A DNA stretch of 39,623 nucleotides from Gonapodya sp. JEL0774 (lineage: Eukaryota), in assembly GCA_027604505.1 (NCBI GenBank), contig JADIIX010000173.1, forward strand, positions 1-39,623, in the 5' to 3' direction. Under the pieces are notes generated by a model that had not been told where the DNA came from, made no database searches, and saw nothing but the letters and a program-made list of their open reading frames with translations. This document shows, in pieces, positions 37,546-39,623 of the stretch (position 1 is the first letter of the stretch; every line of letters starts with the position of its first letter). A program made the position numbers and the translations under genes.

Positions 37546-39623
37546 TCATGGGTACCTCATAATGAACAGGAGTGTGACACATGAAAATAATGCACAGCTG
37601 TGTCCATCTCCCTGGTTCCAAAACAGAGTCCATACACGATTTCTTGGTGATGGTGCTATTGCCAGCATGAGAATTTGGTTCAAAGCATTGCGACATGCCT
37701 CCAAGTTCTCATCATAATGGTGAGGATCATCACTCCTATCCAGTGCATCAACAACAAGTGCGTGTCCATCCTTGTCCATCACAATAACATACCAGTGGAA
37801 GTTGCCCTCATTGACCATGAAAAAGTGATAGTCTCGGAGATCCATTTGTAGCTTCCTCACAAACTTGTTGCTCATCCGCAAAATGAATTCATCTGTCAAG
37901 TGGTTGGGGTTTTGGAACGGAAAGATGACTTGGGAGGAGAAATAGGAGATGGATGGCCGCTTTTGTTGCTGGTCCCACAGTGTGATAGTGGGTGATAGAA
38001 ACAGATCTAGTATGATATCACTCCAGTTCTGTGTTCCAGTGAGGTACAATGCCTCCTGAAGAGCAGTACCATCAGGAAACACAATTCTTAAGACAAAATT
38101 ATGCATGAGTTCATGACTGGTCTTCAAACATATGTATTAGCGTACCTTCTGAATTCATCCTCAAAGGCTGCCCTGTCTTGAGCCGAAATGTGGACAAGGG
38201 AAGTGGCCATGAGGGATTGGAAGTCGATGCGGAGGTTTGATGCCAGCAGCCGTGGCGGTGCAATGGGGACAAATGGATGCGGTTTTGATCCCTTTGAGGG
38301 CTTGGTTGGTGCCTTGGGGTCCAGGACAGCAGAATTTGTTGCTTTCAACAGTGTGGAGATGGCTGTGTCAGTGTAGGAAGAGAGATCAGGTATACGCTCT
38401 TCAATGTCCTCTATGGGGAAGTTGAAATTTGTTCTGTATATCACACAGGGAGGCTTAGAAGGGAATGACAAACTTTTTGAAGTAAGATTGTACATACCTT
38501 GGTTCCCAAGTTGATGCAGACGGTGGCCATCGAGTCCACTTGACCAGGTACTGTCTCAACTGGCCAGCATCTCCTCTAAATCCCAGAATTGCTTCAACTT
38601 CAAAGTCCTCAACTTCTCCAGGCGTTGCGAGTGTTGCCAGGGCAATGTCATTGGTGGAAATTGTGGCAGGAATGGCCCTGAGGTTTCACTGGTGGAACCA
38701 CCTTGCTGCTTGTGTGCTAGGTACATCATCCAAATTTGGGCCCTGGTGAATCCATTGCAACTGGTACAGGTATTTGTCACTGTTGACATTGATGATTGTT
38801 GCCGCGTGAGCCCAAACTGGTCCTGGCTGTTTACGGAGACCACAAACTACCTTGCGAACAAACACTCAGTCACCCACGCTGAGGTGCTGAGGAAGTTGAG
38901 CCATCTGCTTCAATGATCTATAACAAAGTCAATGTCGCCCAGGTAGAAGGTTACAGCCAGGGACTCACCTTGCAACCGATTTTGCTCCTGCTACAACCAT
39001 GTTTTTGTGAGCAGTTGTGATGAGTTGTTGGTGTTCTTCCTGCAATAGAGTGCGATCTACGATCTGACAACAAAGGCTAGGTGGCGCATTGACACTGGTG
39101 GTGGTTCTGCCGTAGAATAGCTTGTCAGTTACGCATTTGGTTGTTGCGTGGCGCTCGTGGTTGTAAGTCGAGATGACAGCCTGCAGAATATCCTCTGCAT
39201 CCTCGAGAGAGCAGTTGTTAGGGTCCAAGCCTTTGGTGAATCTTCCGTGCCATACCCTTGGCTTCACTGCCTGATGAGCCCTCTCGATGGATCCTTGGTT
39301 CTGGGGATGATAGGGCCGGCCATGGATGCGTTCAACAACAAACTCCCTGTGCATTTTCATGACGTTACTACCTCGGAATTACTTGCCGTTCTCACTTAGA
39401 AACCTACACAAAGACCATTAGAACAGCAGCAATGAAAGAAAGAAAAAAAATACCGTTCAGGAGGCCCATCATCAGTGTACAAGCTCCTGATGAACAGTTC
39501 CACATTCTCTGCAGTGTGTTGACAATAAAGGGAACCCCAAAACTTCTTGCTGAAGTGATCAACGGCAAGGAGCATGTTGTGGCTGTGGAGCTTGGTGAAG
39601 TCATAGACATAAATCTCTTTAGG
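37546..39623 (-). mobile_element. decayed intron-containing Ginger-like transposase pseudogene: DDE integrase + SH3-like CTD + chromodomain + Ulp1/C48 protease (5' part outside window)
   Basis: Spliced translation: YVYDFTKL..LLAVDHFSKKFWG..GPPER|FLSENGK*F..HGRPYHPQNQGSIERAHQAVK..YNHERHATTK..R|SLKQ..LSVGD*VFVRK..WFHQ*NLR..DFEVEAILGFRG..QYLVKWTRWPPSASTWEPR|TNF..EFRR|IVF..VNEGNFHWYVIVMD..VVDAL..NQGDGHSCALF. GT-AG introns at 39404-39453, 38918-38968, 38434-38497 and 38087-38145. Three in-frame stops. Confidence 0.85.

Noticed and set aside
37546..38127. Host Ulp1/SENP gene
   Set aside because: It splices in frame to the integrase and chromodomain exons, which carry stop codons.
37546..39623. Ordinary chromovirus (Gypsy) LTR retrotransposon
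   Set aside because: Four spliceosomal introns in the coding region and a C-terminal Ulp1 domain do not fit. No RT or LTR is visible, though the 5' part lies outside the window.

Overview
Intron-rich eukaryotic genomic DNA, about 50% GC by eye, with short GT-AG introns and a few GC-AG introns. The gene set suggests a fungus, probably an early-diverging (zoosporic) lineage; this is inference only. Left to right: a possible Tc1/mariner-type end (to ~496); an OPT-family oligopeptide transporter (minus, 672-4910); a type-II membrane Cys-rich protein with an internally duplicated exon/intron module spanning an assembly gap (minus, 5951-7311); a CKAP2-like protein (plus, 7914-10483); two tandem TLDc-domain (Rtc5/MEAK7-like) paralogs (minus, 10586-12991 and 13095-15557); a low-complexity region with a short spaced repeat (~16600-17600); an ankyrin + MYND-finger gene (plus, 18452-22448); and a 13-kb WDFY3/ALFY/Bph1-type BEACH-WD40 gene ending in a degenerate FYVE finger (plus, 22602-35740). 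The best candidate for something undescribed is at the right edge. It is a decayed, intron-containing transposase-like gene that, once spliced, joins a retroviral-type DDE integrase, an SH3-like integrase C-terminal domain, a chromodomain and a Ulp1/C48 protease in one reading frame. It resembles a Ginger-like DNA transposon and is truncated by the window edge. Exon boundaries were read by eye and no searches were run.
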